Notes: generated by a model not told the origin, from the sequence alone. A stretch of DNA of 64,000 bases from Chiloscyllium plagiosum (GCF_004010195.1 NC_057749.1:10018728-10082727), one strand, 5' to 3'; counted from the first letter of the stretch, positions 27,101-41,302 are shown. Program-made: numbers and translations.

Positions 27101-28439
27101 TTTCCCTCAAACTGAATGTCTTGCAAGACTTTTTCAGAGTTTTACCACCCCAGATTTATGAATTGAATTTAGATGCCATCACCTGCCACAGTCAGATCTG
27201 AACCCGCTCTAGGGTCATGTTATTATGGAGTGTTACACTATGGGGAGAATGCGGGTAAGTGGAGTTGAAATGCCCATCAGCCATGATTGAATGGCAGAGT
27301 GGACTCAATGGGCCGAATGGCCTTACTTCAGCTCCTATGTCTTATGGTCTTATGGTCTTATCTGCTTGCGTTACTGCTGCACCTCCAGTTACTGTGGAAA
27401 GTTACGCAGTGTTTCAGCCAAGCAGCATTTGTATGTGTGGAAACCCCAGCTGTTACTGTTAAACAACTTTAATTGCAGTGGCTGAGCCTGATATTGCTGA
27501 GCCACAAGATACATATGTGTGGTTTCACCCAGACCTTACTGGATGCTGATCAGGACTGTGAAGCCTGGGCAGCATGTAGTTTTTTTTTTTTAGTCTGTTT
27601 TTACTTTTATTTCCCCTCTATTCCCAAAGCCTGGGACAAAAAGATTAATTTTATTCCAGTAACTGCAGTCTTGGCCGACACAGCTGATTGTGAACAGAAG
27701 TTAGACTTTGTTGAACAGAAGTAGACAGGAACTACTTTGCTGCAACACCATGCTTATGGGCTGTTGCAGACCTGGGACACTTTAGAAATAAATTTGCTCA
27801 TGGGATATTGAAGAAACTCATAAAAGAGAGGACATTGCGACTTCTCTCTCCTTGGAGAGGGGTAACTGGTGATGGGTGTAACCGAAGGGTCACCATGTCT
27901 CAGTGGTTGAGAAGGTTGGGGGCATCAGGGTGACCTAGATCTTGCTGTTAAAGCAAGCATCCTTTACCTACCCCAAAACAAGAGTCTGTTGAAGAAACTC
28001 AGCTGATTAGGCAGAATCTGCAAAGAGAGAAGTCGAATTAGCATTTGAAGTCCACTATGAATGTTATGCAGTCCTGGAGAAGAGTTGAAAAGTGTGGCGC
28101 TGCAAAAGCACAGCAGGTCACTTAGCATCCAAGGAGCAGGAAAGTTGACGAGTCAACCGACATTGACACTGTTTCTCTCTCCACTGATGCTGCCAGATCT
28201 GCTGGGTTTCTCCAGCACTTTTTGTGCTTGTTTCAGATTTTCAGCATCCACAGTATTTTGCTTCTATCTACTACCTATATCTAAACAGAATGGTCTCAAG
28301 GGTGTGCTGTGTAAGGAGAAAGAATGATATGGACTACAATTCAGTGACATTAAATAATTTTGTAACATTGATCTAATGTGCATGATGTATTGCTTTGATT
28401 TGGCATTTTTACATACCTGAGGACTTATTTGCGCAAATG

Positions 28440-28752
28440 ATTAGATTACTTACAGTGTGGAAACAGGCCCTTCGGCCCAACAAGTCCACACCAACCCTCC
28501 GAAGAGTAATCCACCCAGATCCATTTCTCTCTGACTAACGCATCTCACACTATGGGCAATTTAGCACAGACAATCTATCTGACTTGCACATGTTTTGGAC
28601 TGTGGAAGGAAACCGGAGCACCCGGAGGAAACCCACGCAGACACGGGGAGAATGTGCAAACTCCACATAGACATCGCCCCAGGCATGGAATCAAACCTGG
28701 GATCCTGGTGCTGTGAGGCAGCAGTGCTAACCACTGAGCCATTGTGCCGCCC
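28440..28752 (-). mobile_element. HE1-type V-SINE
   Basis: Reverse complement of consensus. Confidence 0.88.
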
Positions 28753-28759
28753 CAACTAT

Positions 28760-30710
28760 GGAGCAAGAAATGGCAGGTTGATGAGCCTTACATCAGTGGC
28801 AGGGAAATTTTGGAGAAGATTCTGAGGGACAGGATTTAACTGCATTTGGAAAGGAATGGACTTACTAAGGATAGTCAGCATGACTATCTTGTCTCACAAA
28901 TTTTACTGAGTTTTTTGAGGAAGTGATGAAGGTGATTGATGACAGTCGGCAAGGAGTGTTACCTGCATGGACTTTACTAAAGCATTTGGCAAGGTCCCTC
29001 ATGGTAGGCTGGTCCAGAGATTAAATCATATATTCATGGTGAGTTGGTAAGTTCGATATAAAATTGACTTGGTCGTCGAAGACAGAGGGTAGTTAGAGTC
29101 ATAAAGTCATAGAGATGTACAGCATGGAAACAGATGCAAAACAGCATCTGTCCATACCAACCAGATATCCCAACCCAATCTAGTCCCATTTGCCAGCACT
29201 TGGCCCATATCCCTCCGAACCCTTCTCATTCCTATACCCATGCAGATTTATTTTAATTGTTGTAATTGTACCATCCTCCACCACTTCCTCTGGAGGCTCA
29301 TTACATCCACGCTCCATCCTCTGTGTGAAAAGGTTGCCCCTTAGGTCCCTCTTACATTGTTTTCCCTCTCATCCTAAACTTATGCCTCTAGTTCTGGACT
29401 CCCCCACCCGAGGGAAAAGACCTTGGCTATTTACCCTAACCATGCCCCTCATGATTTTATAAAATCCAGACTGGTTACCCTGCAGTGGAAACCAATTGCT
29501 GGAGGTGCAGTGAGGCAGCATGTACTGATAAAATTGCACCTTACATAACAGTCACTGACTTCTTTTCCAGGCAGGAGCCCTTCCCTTTAGTGGGAAACAT
29601 TGCAGTCTTAGAGTTACACATGTTGATTTAAGTCCTTTGCTTGAGTGAGGAGCCTGGACCTGGTGGTGGTGGTGGGGGTGGGGCGGTGGCAGAAGAAGGA
29701 TCAACAGGGGCCAAGGTCACCCCTCAGCCCCAGCCCATTTGGCCTCTAACCTTGGCAACATCCTTGTAGATCTTTTCTGAACCCTTTCAAGTTTAGATTC
29801 GATTCCCTAGAGTGTGGAAACAGGCCCTTCGGCCCAACAAGTCCACACCGACCCTCCAAAGAGTAACCCACCCAGACCTATTCCCCTCTGACTAATGCAT
29901 CTAACACTACGGACAATTTAGCATGGCCAATTCACCTGGCCTGCACATCTTTGGACTATGGGAGGAAACCAGCGCACCCAGAGGAAGCCCATGCAGACAC
30001 GGGGAAAATGTGCAAACTCCACACAGACAGTCGCCCAAGGCTAGAATTGAACCTGGGTTATAGAGTCATACAGCATGGGTCCCTGGTACTATGAGGCAGC
30101 AGTGCTAACCACTGAGCCACCATACCACCCCAACAACATCCTTCCTATAGGAGGAAGACCAGAATTGCACACAATATTCCAAAATTGGCCTAACCGATGT
30201 TGGGATACTTTTCTGACTGGAGGTCTGTGACCAGTGGAGTTCCACAAGGATCAGTGCTGGTTTGGTGTTTGTAATAATATCAATGATTTGGATGAAAACA
30301 TAGATAGTCTGATTTGTAAGTTAGCACATGCGGCAAAAATGGGTGGAGTTGTTGACAGTGAGGAAAATTGTCAAACGATACAGTAGGATGTAGATCAGTT
30401 GGAAAGTTGGCAGAAAAATGGCAGTTGGAATTTATTCTAAACAAGTGTGATGCAATGCATTTTGGGAGGTCAAATGCAGGATGAAAATATACAGTCAATG
30501 GCAGGACCATTAGGAGTATTGATACACAGAGGGATCTTGGGGTGCAAGACCATAGCTCCCTGAAAATGGCAACACAAATGGGTAAAGAAGGCATATGACA
30601 TGCTTGCCTTCATTGGTCAGGGCATTAAGTATAAAAGTTCATGTTGCAACTGTATCAAACTTTAGTTTGGCCAAACTTGGAGTATTGCGTGCTGTTCTGG
30701 TCACCACAGA
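28760..30710. mobile_element. Nested CR1 cluster: + strand RT fragment interrupted by - strand CR1 3' end (~29095-30200), itself interrupted by a SINE and a copied local segment
   Basis: DFTKAFGKVPHGRL before and VTSGVPQGSVL...INDLD after the nested insert. Confidence 0.8.
29795..30130 (-). mobile_element. HE1-type V-SINE nested in CR1
   Basis: Reverse complement of consensus. Confidence 0.88.
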
Positions 30711-31289
30711 ACCAGATTAACAGCTGGTTGCTTTCATTGCTGAGTCAGGGTGGGGATACTGTTACAGTGGAACGTCTGCTCAGTACTCACATTTCTCAAC
30801 ACTATGTATTGTACAGTCAGCAAAATGACACAACACTACATTTTTCTCTCTCATCGTTCAGTTATAGATAAAATGTATTCTTCAAGAAAAAGCTCTTCTG
30901 TTTGAAAACATCTTCAGACAGAAATTGAGGAATTCCTCATAAACATCCTTTCCTTCTCGCTGACGAATTGTACATTGCTGCAGGTCAAATCAGATGTTTT
31001 TTGTGGTGTAGGGTTTGGAAGAATCTGCAGATGCTATTGGGTGTGTCCGTGTGTATTAGTAGATAGTTCTGGAGTTGGGTATGATAGCTTCCGACATCTG
31101 CCCAGACTGGTTACCCTGCAGTGGGAACCATTTACAGTGAGGCAGCATGTACTGATAAAATTGCACCTTACATAACAGTCATTGACTTCTTTTCCAGGCA
31201 GGAGCCCTTCCCTTTAGTGGAAAACATTACAGTCTTAGAGTTACACATGTTGATTTAAGTCCTTTTCTTGAGGGAGGAGCGGGGCGGGG

Positions 31290-31383
31290 GGAGGTTTGGA
31301 ACTTTGAAAAAAAAAGTCAAAACAACAGTAGTTTTAAAAAGGATAAGAACAGATAAAGGAAGCACATGGTGAGGACAGTGCAG

Positions 31384-31414
<31 letters not shown>

Positions 31415-32007
31415 CCTGCACAGTTACTGCCTTAATGTCTGAATTTATGTATTGCTGGACATCAGAGTGCATCTGGGAAAATTATTAAATAGTGAATTTC
31501 ACAACTGATCTTGGAGGAACTGTTAGGTGAAGTCACAGCACAGACTCAGATAAGTTAGTCATTGTTTTAAGTGTGGCCTACAGAGAATCTGCAGTAGGGA
31601 GTAGAGTAGATTCTTTCTTGATTATGTGTTTTTGGAGATATGTCTCCTGATTAAACTTAAAATATAAGCCATAACTATTAATTTAACCTGGGGCAGTGTT
31701 TGTAGAGGAATAAGACGGTGTTATTTTCTAGGTCTGTAGATTGTGAAGGAGCAAAAATGGCCTTTGCAGTGATATGTACTTCTTGTCAGATGTGGGAGTT
31801 TAAAGAGAGTTTAAGGGTTACTTCCGATTATATCTGCCATAAATACTGCTGGCTGTGAATCTTATCAGATCGAATGGATCAGTTGGAAAGACAGTTAGAA
31901 GCACTGAGGAATTTGCAACAGCAACAGTATGTGATGGATGGCAGTTACAGGAAGGGGGAAAGTCTCAGATACAGTCACATAGATGGATTAACTCCAGGGA
32001 GGGTGAG
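31290..32007 (+). mobile_element. Second CR1 5' UTR + ORF1 N-terminus, running into assembly gap
   Basis: Colinear similarity to 46810-47500; ATG 31757 MAFAVICTSCQMWEF...MDQLERQLEALRNLQ. Confidence 0.85.
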
Positions 32008-32507
32008 NNNNNNNNNNNNNNNNNNNNNNNNNNNNNNNNNNNNNNNNNNNNNNNNNNNNNNNNNNNNNNNNNNNNNNNNNNNNNNNNNNNNNNNNNNNNN
32101 NNNNNNNNNNNNNNNNNNNNNNNNNNNNNNNNNNNNNNNNNNNNNNNNNNNNNNNNNNNNNNNNNNNNNNNNNNNNNNNNNNNNNNNNNNNNNNNNNNNN
32201 NNNNNNNNNNNNNNNNNNNNNNNNNNNNNNNNNNNNNNNNNNNNNNNNNNNNNNNNNNNNNNNNNNNNNNNNNNNNNNNNNNNNNNNNNNNNNNNNNNNN
32301 NNNNNNNNNNNNNNNNNNNNNNNNNNNNNNNNNNNNNNNNNNNNNNNNNNNNNNNNNNNNNNNNNNNNNNNNNNNNNNNNNNNNNNNNNNNNNNNNNNNN
32401 NNNNNNNNNNNNNNNNNNNNNNNNNNNNNNNNNNNNNNNNNNNNNNNNNNNNNNNNNNNNNNNNNNNNNNNNNNNNNNNNNNNNNNNNNNNNNNNNNNNN
32501 NNNNNNN
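32008..32507. other. Assembly gap (500 N)
   Basis: Run of N. Confidence 1.
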
Positions 32508-33969
32508 TCACAAGCCTGGACGAACAAACTTGAATTTCCCAGTAAAAGTCGTGGGAGGTGTTTGAACAGCCACCTGATTGCCTCATATGCAATTGTTGCT
32601 AAATTACAGGCATTATCTCTATCGTGTCATTTTGATACTGATGTGAGGTTGTAAATGTCAGAAAAAGGTTATTTGAAAAGCAAAGTTTTGATTAGGAACA
32701 AAATTGAGACATAAAAGTAAGCTCCTTCACTGAATGCCAAAAAACAATTGGGCTGGTGCCAATTGCGTTACCAATGGCCCCTCAATAGTTGGAGATACCT
32801 TTGTTTAGAAAAAGAGACTGAAGGAAAATGAAATGAAATAACTCATGTAGTGTAGAGATCTGGTTTAGAAGGGGGAACCTACAAAATGCACTGCAATAAC
32901 TCACCAAGACTCTTCCTTAGCATCTTCCAAACCCATGACCACTTCCATCGAGAAGGACATGGGCAGCAGATACAGGGAACACCACCACCCGCAAGTTCCC
33001 CTCCAAGCCACTCACCATCCTGACTTGGAAACATATTGGCCGTTCCTTCACTATCATTGGATCAAAACCTTAGAATTTCCTCCCCATTGTCAGTGTTGCT
33101 TCACTGACACCCCAAAGACAGGCTCCTCATCACCTTCTCAAGAACAACAAGAGACAGGCAATAGATGCTGGTTCAACCAGTGACACCCAAATCCCACAAA
33201 TGAACAAAGAACAGGCGCCCCGGCATATTCTTATTTCAGATTTTCAACACCTGCACTATTTTGTTTCTGTGTCTAATTCGCAGTCACTTCCCTTTCAGGA
33301 ATGTGAAACGTTGAAGAAGCTTGGCTCTTCTCTCTGGCACAGCTTGTGTTTGCCCGCTCTCCGCCTTGCTTACCTTCATCGGTTCAATTTCTTGGTATGT
33401 GTCTGACTAGAAGTCTGGCCATGTTTTGGGCTGGATGCAGCAAAGCTCGTGGGCCTCATGAAGGAGGATTCCCTGCCAACCCGACCCCACCCTGTGCATC
33501 TACCCTTTCAATGAGCAGCCCTCAAAGTTAAACCAGCCTGGCTATGTGATTGGTGCTGGCCTCCCCACTACCCATTAAAGCAGGATGGAACCCATTACAG
33601 TAATGCAGGTATTAGTTGGCAACTCAAAGACCTGAATTGGACCATGGGTGGGCCACCCACAGATGTCTTGCCCACTGCCTGTGAAATCATGCCAAAGATG
33701 GATAAGATGGCTAGTGACAGACTGTCCTAAGTTAGGGGTCCACCCACATGGTTCTGGCCTGTAAAACCCAGCCCATTAACTCAGTTTCAGAAGGGCATGC
33801 ACAAGACCATCAGAAAATGAGCAAGGGTAGGCCGTCTGGCCCCTCCAGCTTGCTCCATTATTCAATAAGATCATGACTGAACTTTTCATGGACTCAGCTC
33901 CATTTAACCACCCGCTCACCATAACTCTTAACATCTTTAATGTTCAAAACTCTATCAATCTTTGCCTTT

Positions 33970-35681
33970 TTTTTATTTCAAGGATATACTTTATTCATAA
34001 AATATTTTGATGATCTGTACAATTGGTGGTGCCATACATACGTAAACATTCCATTTTTTTACATACCGAGATCGGAATTAACCATTCGTATATACAGGTC
34101 TGTACGTTTACCATCCCAATATTTAGCTGAGGCATCAGCAGAGCCCAAATAACTAGGTGAGCCCCCTATTCTTCTTTGACAGGCAGATGTTACATGGTGG
34201 TCTTTCCCCACCGCGCCTTGGTGGCAGCTGCCCCAAGCTTCAGCGCTTCCCTCAACACGTAGTCCTGGACTTGGAATGTGCCAGTCCGCAACACAGTTGG
34301 GGTCAGCTCCTTCAGCTGGAAGATCAACAGGTTTCGGACAGACCAAAGAGCGTCTTTCACCGAATTGATGATCCTCCAGGCACAATTGATGTTCGTCTCG
34401 GTGTGCGTCCCGGGGAACAGACCGTAGAGCACGGAGTCCCGCGTCACGGCGCTGCTCGGGATGAACCTCGACAAACACCACTGCATTCCTCTCCAGACTT
34501 CCTTTGCGTAGGCACATTCCAGAAGGAGGTGTGTGACAGTCTCGTCCCCTCCACAGCCACTTCGGGAGCAGGGCGCGGTGTGGCAGAGAGTCCGGGCATG
34601 CATAAAGGATTTCACAGGCAGAGCCCTTCTCTCCACCAGCCAAGCCATGTCTTGGTGCTTGTTGGAAAGTTCTGGCGATGAGGCATTCTGCCAACTGACT
34701 TTGACAGTCTGCCCAGGGAACTGCTCAAGAGGATCCGCCCTCTCCTTTTCCCAGAGAGTCTCAAGGACACTACGTGCTGACCACTTCCTGATGGACTTGT
34801 GGTCAAAGGTGTTTTTCTTCATAAATTTCTCCATGAAGGACAGGTGATACGGAACGGTCCAACTACTTGGAGTGTCCCGCAGCAGCGAGGCCAGGCCCAT
34901 CCTTCGCAACACCGTGGACAGGTAGAACCTCAGTACGTAGTGACACTTGGTGTTTGCGTACCAGGGATCCACGCACAGCTTGATGCAGCCACACACAATG
35001 GTGACCATCAGGGTGAGGGTGGCACTGGGTGTGTTTTTTCCCCCGTTGCCCAGATCTTTACACATCAAGTCCCTTCGGACCCAGTCCATCTTTGATCTCC
35101 ATATAAAATGGAAGATGGCCCGGGTGACTGCGATGGCATAGATTCTGGGAATAGGCCAGACCTGTGCCACATATAACAACACTGACAATGCCTCACACCT
35201 AATGACCAGGTTTTACTCACGATGGAGTGTGACTGTAGCTTCCATCTGCCCAGTTTCTGCCTCACTTTCCCGATACGCTCCTCCCAAGACATGGCGCACG
35301 CCCCAGTCCCTCTGAACCAAATACCCAGCACCTTCAGGTGGTCAATGCTGACGGTGAAGGGGATGGGGGATTGGTCGGCCCAGTTCCCGAAGAGCATGGC
35401 CTCGCTCTTGCCTCGGTTTACCTTAGCCCCCGAGGCCCGTTCGAACTGGTCACATTTGCACATGAGTCTGTGCACGGACAGCGGATCTGAGCAGAAAACA
35501 TCGAAGTCATCCATGTACAGGGAGGCCTTAACCTGCAGACCCCCGCTGCCAGGAATAGTCACCCTTATCAGGCTCGCATCCTTCCTGATGGACTCGGCAA
35601 ATGGCTCTATGCAGCACACAAACAAGGCAGGAGAGAGAGGGCAGTCCTGCCTGACTCCAGATCTGACTAAGAAGCTATCTG
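33970..35681 (-). mobile_element. 5'-truncated L1/Tx1-clade non-LTR retrotransposon (RT C-terminal part + zf-RVT), frameshifted
   Basis: GVRQDCPLSP, LYMDD, CSRSGCGGDETVTHLLLEC motifs; AATAAA and A-tail at 3' end; TSD ATCAATCTTTGCCTTT at 33954-33969 and 35682-35697. Confidence 0.92.
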
Positions 35682-36789
35682 ATCAATCTTTGCCTTTAGG
35701 TCAGTCATCAAGGGTAGCGTCAACTGCTTCACTAGGCAGGGAATTCCACAGATTCACAACCCTTTGGGTGAAGAAGTTCCTTCTCAATTCAGTCCTAAAT
35801 CTGCTCTTCCTTATTTTGAGGCTATGCCCCCAAGTTCTACCTGCCAAAAGAAACAACCTCTCTGCTTCTATCTTATCTATTCCCATCATAATTTTGCATG
35901 TTTCTATAGGATCCCCCTCATTCCTCTAAATTCCAATGAGTACAGTCACAGTTTACTCAGTCTCTGCTCATAAGCCAACCCTCCCAACTTCGGAATCAAC
36001 CGAGTGAACCTCCTCCTGCAGTGCGCCGGTACATCTCTCTCTCTCTGTCTCTTTCTCTCTTTCTCTCTCTCTCTCTTCCCCCCCACCCTCCCCACCATCT
36101 CTCTCAGTCTCCACGTATTCTGTCTGAAACTTTGAATCTTCTTTTCCAGCATTTTTTTGATTTTGTTATGTATTTACTGTGTTGCCTATTGCAGCACCAG
36201 GAAGCCTCGCAGTGGGAGACTGTGCCAGTTGTGAGGTTTCACCTATTCTGGTAAGTTCCCCAACCTTACCTCTGACCCTGTTGGCAACAGATGGAGAAGA
36301 AAAAGAGAGGGTACGTTTGCGTCCACCTGTTGTGTAATCATTCTTGCCATGCAGAAAAGATTTGGCAATGAAAAGCACATCAACCTGGATAGATGTTTTC
36401 AACTTGTTTGACATTTTACCTTCGAGAGCTCTCGTTGTTTGTTTGTGTAAAATTAATGAATTTGCAGTACGTTTTTACACACTGTAAAGAGAGGGCACAA
36501 ACTAAAATGTGGTGAATTGCTTGTTCTGCTTCCTTATTAAGATAAAACTGAAATCTTATGTTTATGTTTAATATTCTCCAGCAGAAAAAGAGACTAGATT
36601 TTATTTATTCTAATTTTTTACTGTATCGACATGCACATCACAGGCAAGGCCATTTATTGCCCATCCCTACATGCCCTGGAGAAGGTGGGGACTGAACCGT
36701 TGCAGTCTTTGGGTTGTATGTGCTCCCATAGGTCTGTCTGCTGGAGAAATCCAGGATTTTGACAATGAGGGAATGGCAACACAGTTCCA

Positions 36790-37050
36790 AGGGTGGTAAA
36801 GTGGCTCAGTGTTTAGTACTATTGATTCATATGCCAGAGATCTCGGTTCGATTCCCACCTTGGATGACTGTCTGCGTGGGTTTCCTCCCACAATCCAAAG
36901 ATGTGTGGGTTAGGTGAATTGGCCATGCTAAATTGCTTGTAGCATCAGGTGCATTAGTCAGAGGGAAATGGGTCTGGGTGGGTTATTCTTCAGAGGGTCG
37001 GTGTGGATTTGTTGGGCCAAATGATTGTTTCCACACGGTAGAGAATCTTA
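36790..37050 (+). mobile_element. HE1-type V-SINE, internally deleted
   Basis: Head and 3' part present, V-domain shortened. Confidence 0.8.
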
Positions 37051-38699
37051 AAAAACCAGTCAAGGTGGGACATGATTTGGAGGAGAACTTGCAGGTTGTG
37101 GTGTTTCCCACACTCTTGGTTCTCCTTCACTTTTAAGAAGGTGCGCTGGGAATCCTGGGAGTCTTGTCAAGTGCTTAAAGTGTGCCTTGTAGATTGCATC
37201 CTGTGTCCCTGTGGGGGTTGGTGGTGGGGGTGATGGGTGCGACTGTTTAGGCAATGGCCTACTGGTATTCTTATGAGACTTAGTCCAGAAACCCAGATAA
37301 TACTCTGGGGACCTGAGTTCAAATCCTGCCATGGCAGATGGTGAAATTTGAACTAAAACTGAATTGAGTTAATTGGGCTTGAATCTCATGATGACCTTGA
37401 TACTGCTGTCATTCCGAAGAAGGCTCACTGGGCCTGAAACATTGAACCTACTTCGCTCTCTGCAGATGCTGCCAGATTTACTGAGTTTCTCCAGCACTTT
37501 CTGTTTGTGTTATACATGCTGCAGTGTTGTGTAGAGGGAACTGTTGTATTAGCTATTGGTTCTGAGGGTTAATGTTAATGTTACATTAGCTGCACCCCTT
37601 ATACTTATGTGTTACGGTCAGTGGATAGAAAAAAGGAGTTCTACTCTAGTTTAGGGAAGGCAATCATCTAGTGGTATTATCACTGAACTGTTAATCCAGG
37701 GATCCAGGTAATGTTCTGGGGACCTGGATTCAAATCCAGACATGGGAGATGGAATTTGAATGGAAGAAGCATCTGGAACGATGACCATAAATCCATTGTT
37801 GATTGTTGGAAAATCTCATCTGGTTCAGTAACATCCTTGAGGAAAGGAAACTGTCATCCTCACCTGGTCTGGCCTATATGTGACACCAGACCCACAGCAG
37901 TGTGGTTAACTATCAACTGCCCTTTGGGCGATAAATGATGGACTGGCCGGCGATGCCCACATCCTGTAAGTGAACCCAAGTAAAGGTGGTGGATGGGATG
38001 CCAATCGTGCAGCTTTTTGAGCATTATGGGAGCTGCACTCATCTTGTCAAGTAGAGGGTGTTCTGTCTTGTCAGTAGAGGACAGGCTTTGGGAAGTCAGG
38101 AGATGAGTTACTCACTGCTGAGTTCCCAACATCTGAACTGTTTCTTGTAGAAACAGTACTGATGTGGTTAACCCAGTTAAACATCTGGCCAATGTGACCC
38201 CTGGGATGTTGACATCATTGGCAACCCGCCATCTGCTTAAAGTGATGGATGCCATAGTAGAGCAGCCTTGTATGGCCCATTTCTGTTGATGGCTGAAGAG
38301 AGTAATCCATGAGAGGCATGTTCTGGTGAAGTATGAAGTGGTTGTCAGGTGTCATTATACCATACTGTTTTCAGTGGACTTTTAATTCATTCATGGGATA
38401 AGTTACAAGCTAGTCACCATCCTGATTTGGAAATATATCACTGTTCCTTCACTGTTGCTGGGTAAAAATCCTGGAATTCCCTCCCTAAGGGAATTGTAGA
38501 TCTACCTATAGCACATGGACTGTAACAGTTTAAGAAGGCAGCTCACCACCACCATCTTAAAGATAACTTGGGACAGGCAATAAATGCTGGTCCAGAGAAT
38601 ACATAAAACTGGATGTTATCACCTTCCCTGTCCTGCCTTAATGCTTTGCATTGTCAAGACAGGAAGACGCCATATCATGACTGGAGATTTTGTAGGTTA

Positions 38700-39390
38700 A
38701 TTCCACAGTGTAAGTCCCAACATCACGAAGCTCATGGTGTTACAGAGCTGTGGTGGTTCCCACCCTCCTGTATGGCTCTGAGATGTAGATTGCCTACAGC
38801 AGATACCTCAAGGTGCTGGCGCAGTCTCACCAACGCTGCCTGTACAAGATCCTGCCAATCCACTGGGAAGACAGACGCACCAACTCCAGTGTCTTCGAAC
38901 AGGTCAACATCCCCAGCATCAAGGCACTGACCCCCACCTCAATCAGCTGCAATGGGCTGGGTGCATCGTCCCCATGACCGACACGGGGCTCCATGAGCAG
39001 GTGCTCTACTCCCAGCTCCGAAACAGCAGGCCAGCCCCAGGTGGGAGAGAGGAAGTGCCTCAGGGATACCCTCAAGGTCTCACTGAGGAAGTGCAGCATT
39101 CCCACAGACACCTGGGAATCACTGGCCCCAGACCATCCCAAGGTGGGGGAGGAGCATCTGGGAAGATGTCGAGGTCCTCGAGACTTGCCGTCAGGAAAAA
39201 GCAAAAGCCGGGAGGGGGAAAGCAGCGTAAGGAGTGCGCTGCCACACCAACGCCCCATCCACCCCCTTCCTGTGACCACCACCTGCCTGAAGTGTAACAG
39301 AGCCTATGGTAGCTGCATCAGTCTGTACAGCCACCTACAGACTCACCCTGAGAGTGGAAGAGAGTCTGTGAGGGAACCCCAATGATGATA
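38700..39390 (+). mobile_element. RTE-clade LINE 3' fragment, degenerate
   Basis: Frameshifted pieces LLYGSE, HQRCLYKIL.IHW.DRRTN, QLQWAG.IV.M, EQVLYSQL, DTLKVSLRKCSI..DTWESLA.D and terminal CLKC...GSCISLYSHLQTH. Confidence 0.8.
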
Positions 39391-41302
39391 GTCCTACAAT
39401 CAAATAGGAATTGGGACAGTTTGGTATCTAGTGAAGCTGTAGGTTGTGTCTTGAAGACTGCCTTCAAAGTTTGGACTGTTCTTTCTGCCAGACCATTGGA
39501 TGATGGATGCTATGGAGCTGTCTTTATATGACAAATACCATTCAACTTTATGAAATACTTAAATTCCCCGCTGGTAAACAATGGCCTGTTATCTGTGACT
39601 GACACTTCCAGGGGTCTGTGTATTGCAAAAGAGGCACGCAGATTGTCTACCCGTTTTCTTGTCCCTGTGTTTGATGAATGGTGGCGTTCCTATGTATCTG
39701 CTGCCCTTGTCCTTCCAGATGGAAGTGGTCATGTGTTTGGAACGTCCTGTCTGGAGATCTTTGGTGAATTTCTGCGGTGCTTCTTGTAGCTAGTACATAG
39801 CTGCTACTGAGCTTTGGTGGTGGAGGGAGTGGGTGCTTGCGCAAGTGGACTGCTTCATCCTTGATGGTGTCAAGCTTCTCTGAATGTTGTTGGAGCTCCA
39901 CCCATCCAGACAAGTGGGGAGTATTCCATCACACTCGTGGCTCGTGCCTTGTAGGTTGTGGACAGGCTTTGGGGAGTCAGGAGGTGAGTTACTCGCTGGA
40001 GAATTCTGAGCCTCTGTCCTACTCTTGCAGCCTCACCTTTTAGTTTCAGGGACTTCAACTAGACTCAAGTAGCACTCATTCAAAATGCCAGTGAGGGTGC
40101 AACCCCTTTAGTCCAGTCAGGGGAAAACCCTTCCAACTTTTTCAATATGATTTGCACATCAATGCTTCTCAAACTTTTTCCCCACCATGACCTCGCCAAT
40201 TTTGAAGTCTTAAAATTGTCACAACCCCAAAGAAAGGGCTGTGAGTGGGGTGGAATGGGATTGGTGGGGTGATGGTTGAGAAATATATCAGAGCAGAGAT
40301 TGGGGACCTGTGAGACTGAGGAGTGGGGTCAGAGCTGTGTAGCGAGCGTGTGACCCCCCAAAAATATCAGTCGTCATCCCCATGGGGTCCTGAACTCCAT
40401 GCTGGAAAGCCCTGCTCCATTCCACAGACTGCATGGAAGGTACAAAATAGAGAAGGGAAAAGCACTACATTTCCAGAATAAGCTAAGCTGATCTGAGATA
40501 AGGTACTGAGTTCCAAACAAGCAGAACAGGAATAAAGTGTAATTTAAATGTAAATACAATCTTATAGGAAGACAGCTGGCCAAACCACACCTGAAATGAA
40601 ACTATTGCAGCAGGATTTTTAGTATCTGAATATGCAATAGCAATAATTTGTGATTATATAGCACCCCTAATGTGATAGTATTTTACAAGACATTTGGCAG
40701 GAGGGTTAGCGAACAGAACTTGACAGTGAGCCACTGAAAGGAACTCTGAAAGCAGGCGATCAAAACCATTGTCAAAGAGACAATGGAGCAGCTTAAAGAT
40801 GGAGAGGTGTTCTACAGAGGGCAGAGAGGTTTATGGTGGATTTCCAGAGCTTGGAGCCCAGGCACTGAAGCCATGAAGTGATTAGAAACGGTGATGTGTA
40901 AGATGCCAATATTGGATAAGCACAGGCTGGAGGAGGGCCATGCCCTGTGATTGAAAGCCAAGTAAACAAGGATATACTTCACTGGAGCATTACAATCCTG
41001 GCCAAGGGTGTATTATAGTAACTTATAAAAAATGTAGCAAATGAACTGCAGCATTAAGTTGATCTGGAAAGGTAATTAAGAATAAACAAACACGTTGAAG
41101 ATCAAAAAGGGAATGGTTGACATGCGACTGGATTACTTGTGTGGCTATGCACTAGACTTAGTTTTAAGCTTTAAGCAGGATGTTTGCTGCAGTTATACAG
41201 GATGTTGGTGATTCTGCATCTGGAGGACTGTGTACAGTACTGGTCACTATTTATGGAAGGATGTTAATGCATTGAAGACAATTCAGAGACATTGGGCACA
41301 GC

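Noticed and set aside
31855..32592. Long ORFs of 179-236 aa
   Set aside because: They run through the 500-N gap; the real part is CR1 ORF1
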